Virus record (IMG/VR): IMGVR_UViG_3300007734_000753
Location: 12,731 to 76,730 of that record
Reading direction: 5' to 3' (one strand)
DNA: 64,000 nucleotides
From: a virus
The notes under the pieces were generated by a model. That model made no database searches and had not been told where the DNA came from. It saw only the letters and a program-made list of their open reading frames with translations. Positions 63,576-64,000 of the stretch are shown here, in pieces. A program made the translations under genes and the position numbers. Each line of letters starts with the position of its first letter. The first letter of the stretch is position 1.

Positions 63576-63590
63576 AACCTCGCGTATACT
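63562..63590 (+). promoter_or_regulatory. sigma70 promoter of tmRNA
   Basis: TTGACA, N17, TATACT. Confidence 0.75.
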
Positions 63591-63604
63591 TACTCCTACC
63601 AAAC

Positions 63605-63960
63605 GTGCCCGAACTGGTTTCGATTGGGTAATTTTACTATAGCTGCGGAGTGGTGAGGATAACACCGTAAAAAAATTCAAAACAACAACTGCCAACGACA
63701 ACGTTGAGTTTGATTACGCACTAGCTGCTTAGTCAATGGAGTCGCTGAACGCTCTATGAAATAAGTTCAGATAGGCTTGGACACTGCCGAAAATAATGTC
63801 CATTAGGTTTTTTTAATGGCTTTTACCTGAAAATAAAACCATATGAAGTTACCCCAATGTATTGGGTGGTTATGTCAAGCGGTCTGGTTGCTTGACTATC
63901 TTCGTGAATGAGGCTATACTAGGGTTATTCAAGACCGAGGTTCGACTCCTCGCGGGTACA
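63605..63960 (+). ncRNA. ssrA: tmRNA (transfer-messenger RNA)
   Basis: Acceptor stem GTGCCCG/CGGGTAC with G3-U70 and discriminator A; T-arm CGAGG-TTCGACT-CCTCG; helix 2 TTGGGTAATTTTA/TAGGGTTATTCAA; tag ANDNVEFDYALAA* at 63691-63732. Confidence 0.93.
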
Positions 63961-64000
63961 CTAAAATGATTACAGACGCAATAAATACAGTAAAAGAAAA

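Noticed and set aside
32-63701. All minus-strand ORFs and most short nested plus-strand ORFs in the track
   Set aside because: They shadow long, motif-bearing + strand genes and have no RBS or recognisable motifs.
1-64000. Stop-codon reassignment, as in some large phages
   Set aside because: Core genes are full length in the standard code, and TAA, TAG and TGA all end genes at sensible boundaries.
1-64000. CRISPR array or tRNA genes
   Set aside because: No regularly spaced DNA repeats were seen; the only T-arm motif noticed belongs to the tmRNA.

Overview
This 64 kb window is from a large, AT-rich T4-like myophage; every credible gene is on the + strand and uses the standard code. Gene order: RuvC-like resolvase (partial), primase, fused SbcD-SbcC; three myxobacterial-style surface proteins; lysis genes; TerL, portal, prohead protease, bS21, scaffold and major capsid; neck, sheath, tubes, chaperone, tape measure and baseplate; replication and recombination genes (minimal PolA, FtsZ/tubulin-like, SSB, RecA, PDF, 5'-3' exonuclease, helicase, class II RNR). 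These are followed by an HNH-like endonuclease at the RNR 3' end, a block of late accessory genes (ferritin-like, ligase-like/HxGH nucleotidyltransferase, SOD, glycosylase-like), an adenine MTase and a tmRNA. A probable late-promoter motif (ACTATTTA) occurs about 20 times, sigma70-type promoters precede non-structural genes, and several promoters sit inside hairpins. Most interesting: (1) late genes sharing an L-x-x-I-I-x-E-E peptide and [LI]-x-E junctions, suggesting protease-matured packaged cargo; (2) a Cys-repeat lipoprotein, beta-barrel and propeller trio resembling TraA/TraB; (3) an endonuclease that appears to have replaced the RNR C-terminus and whose RBS is hidden in a hairpin with the late promoter in its loop; (4) a tmRNA + bS21 + PDF translation kit; (5) a probable T7 frameshift in the tail chaperone; (6) avoidance of CCWGG, TTAA and GGCC. 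All family calls come from reading motifs by eye; no searches were run.
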